This document shows positions 37,156 through 37,254 of a DNA stretch of 37,254 nucleotides, one piece after another. The stretch is from a virus. The notes beneath the pieces were generated by a model. That model did not search any database and was not told the origin of the DNA. It saw nothing but the letters and a program-made list of their open reading frames with translations. The number at the start of each line of letters is the position of its first letter. Position 1 is the first letter of the stretch. Location of the stretch: positions 1-37,254 of the IMG/VR virus record IMGVR_UViG_3300010236_000005; one strand, written 5' to 3'. A program made the position numbers and the translations under genes.

Positions 37156-37254
37156 TGGTATAATTATATAAGAGTATCGAGGGCATTTATTTGTTACTAA
37201 GAAAGAATGAAAATAACCGTTAGGCCTAGAGACTCTCTAAGTGCTATTCTCAAG
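37156..37254. repeat. Exact 99-bp terminal duplication, copy 2 (includes a truncated second copy of the LysM gene start at 37207..37254)
   Basis: Identical to 1..99. The ATG at 37207 repeats the ATG at 52. Confidence 0.95.

Noticed and set aside
36635-37186. 183-aa ORF on the - strand overlapping the last tail genes
   Set aside because: It is fully antisense to two + strand genes that share a conserved triplicated module. It has no start context or motif, and every other gene is on the + strand.

Overview
This window is one complete dsDNA tailed-phage genome. The unit length is about 37,155 bp, because bases 1-99 recur exactly at 37156-37254 (circular closure or a short terminal redundancy). 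All credible genes (about 55) lie on the + strand and are tightly packed, often with ATGA or TAATG start/stop overlaps.

Gene order:
- A 386-bp repeat-rich non-coding region (8444-8829).
- An early/accessory region of small genes (8830-18650). It holds seven HNH-superfamily nucleases, YopX, a PD-(D/E)XK-like nuclease, Zn-ribbon proteins, a sigma-70 region-4-only protein and an HTH protein.
- Packaging and head genes: putative small terminase, large terminase, a DPPY DNA methyltransferase, portal, scaffold and an HK97-fold major capsid protein.
- A fibre/tail module (25864-37141) interleaved with two glycosyltransferases and a SAM methyltransferase. It includes a 734-aa collagen-like G-X-T fibre.
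- After wrap-around: a LysM protein, two large low-complexity structural proteins, an XhlA-like protein, a three-gene glycosyl/glycerophospho-transferase cassette, an amidase endolysin, a holin-like protein and an AT-hook metallophosphoesterase.

I recognised no integrase, repressor, DNA polymerase, primase, helicase, tRNA or CRISPR array.

Most notable observations:
1. A possible phage-encoded glycosylation system for a BclA-like collagenous fibre.
2. Two 0.5-kb non-coding islands, each directly downstream of an HNH gene. One has a dense set of long perfect stems, suggesting a large structured RNA or an iteron array.
3. A genome-wide set of TGnTATAAT extended -10 promoters. Several sit exactly 5 nt from an ATG, which implies leaderless mRNAs.
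4. A free sigma region-4 domain protein.
5. Recurrent AATCGAGGA and TTAATTT(T)AG boxes.

All functional calls come from motifs I recognised by eye in the translations. No database search was run.
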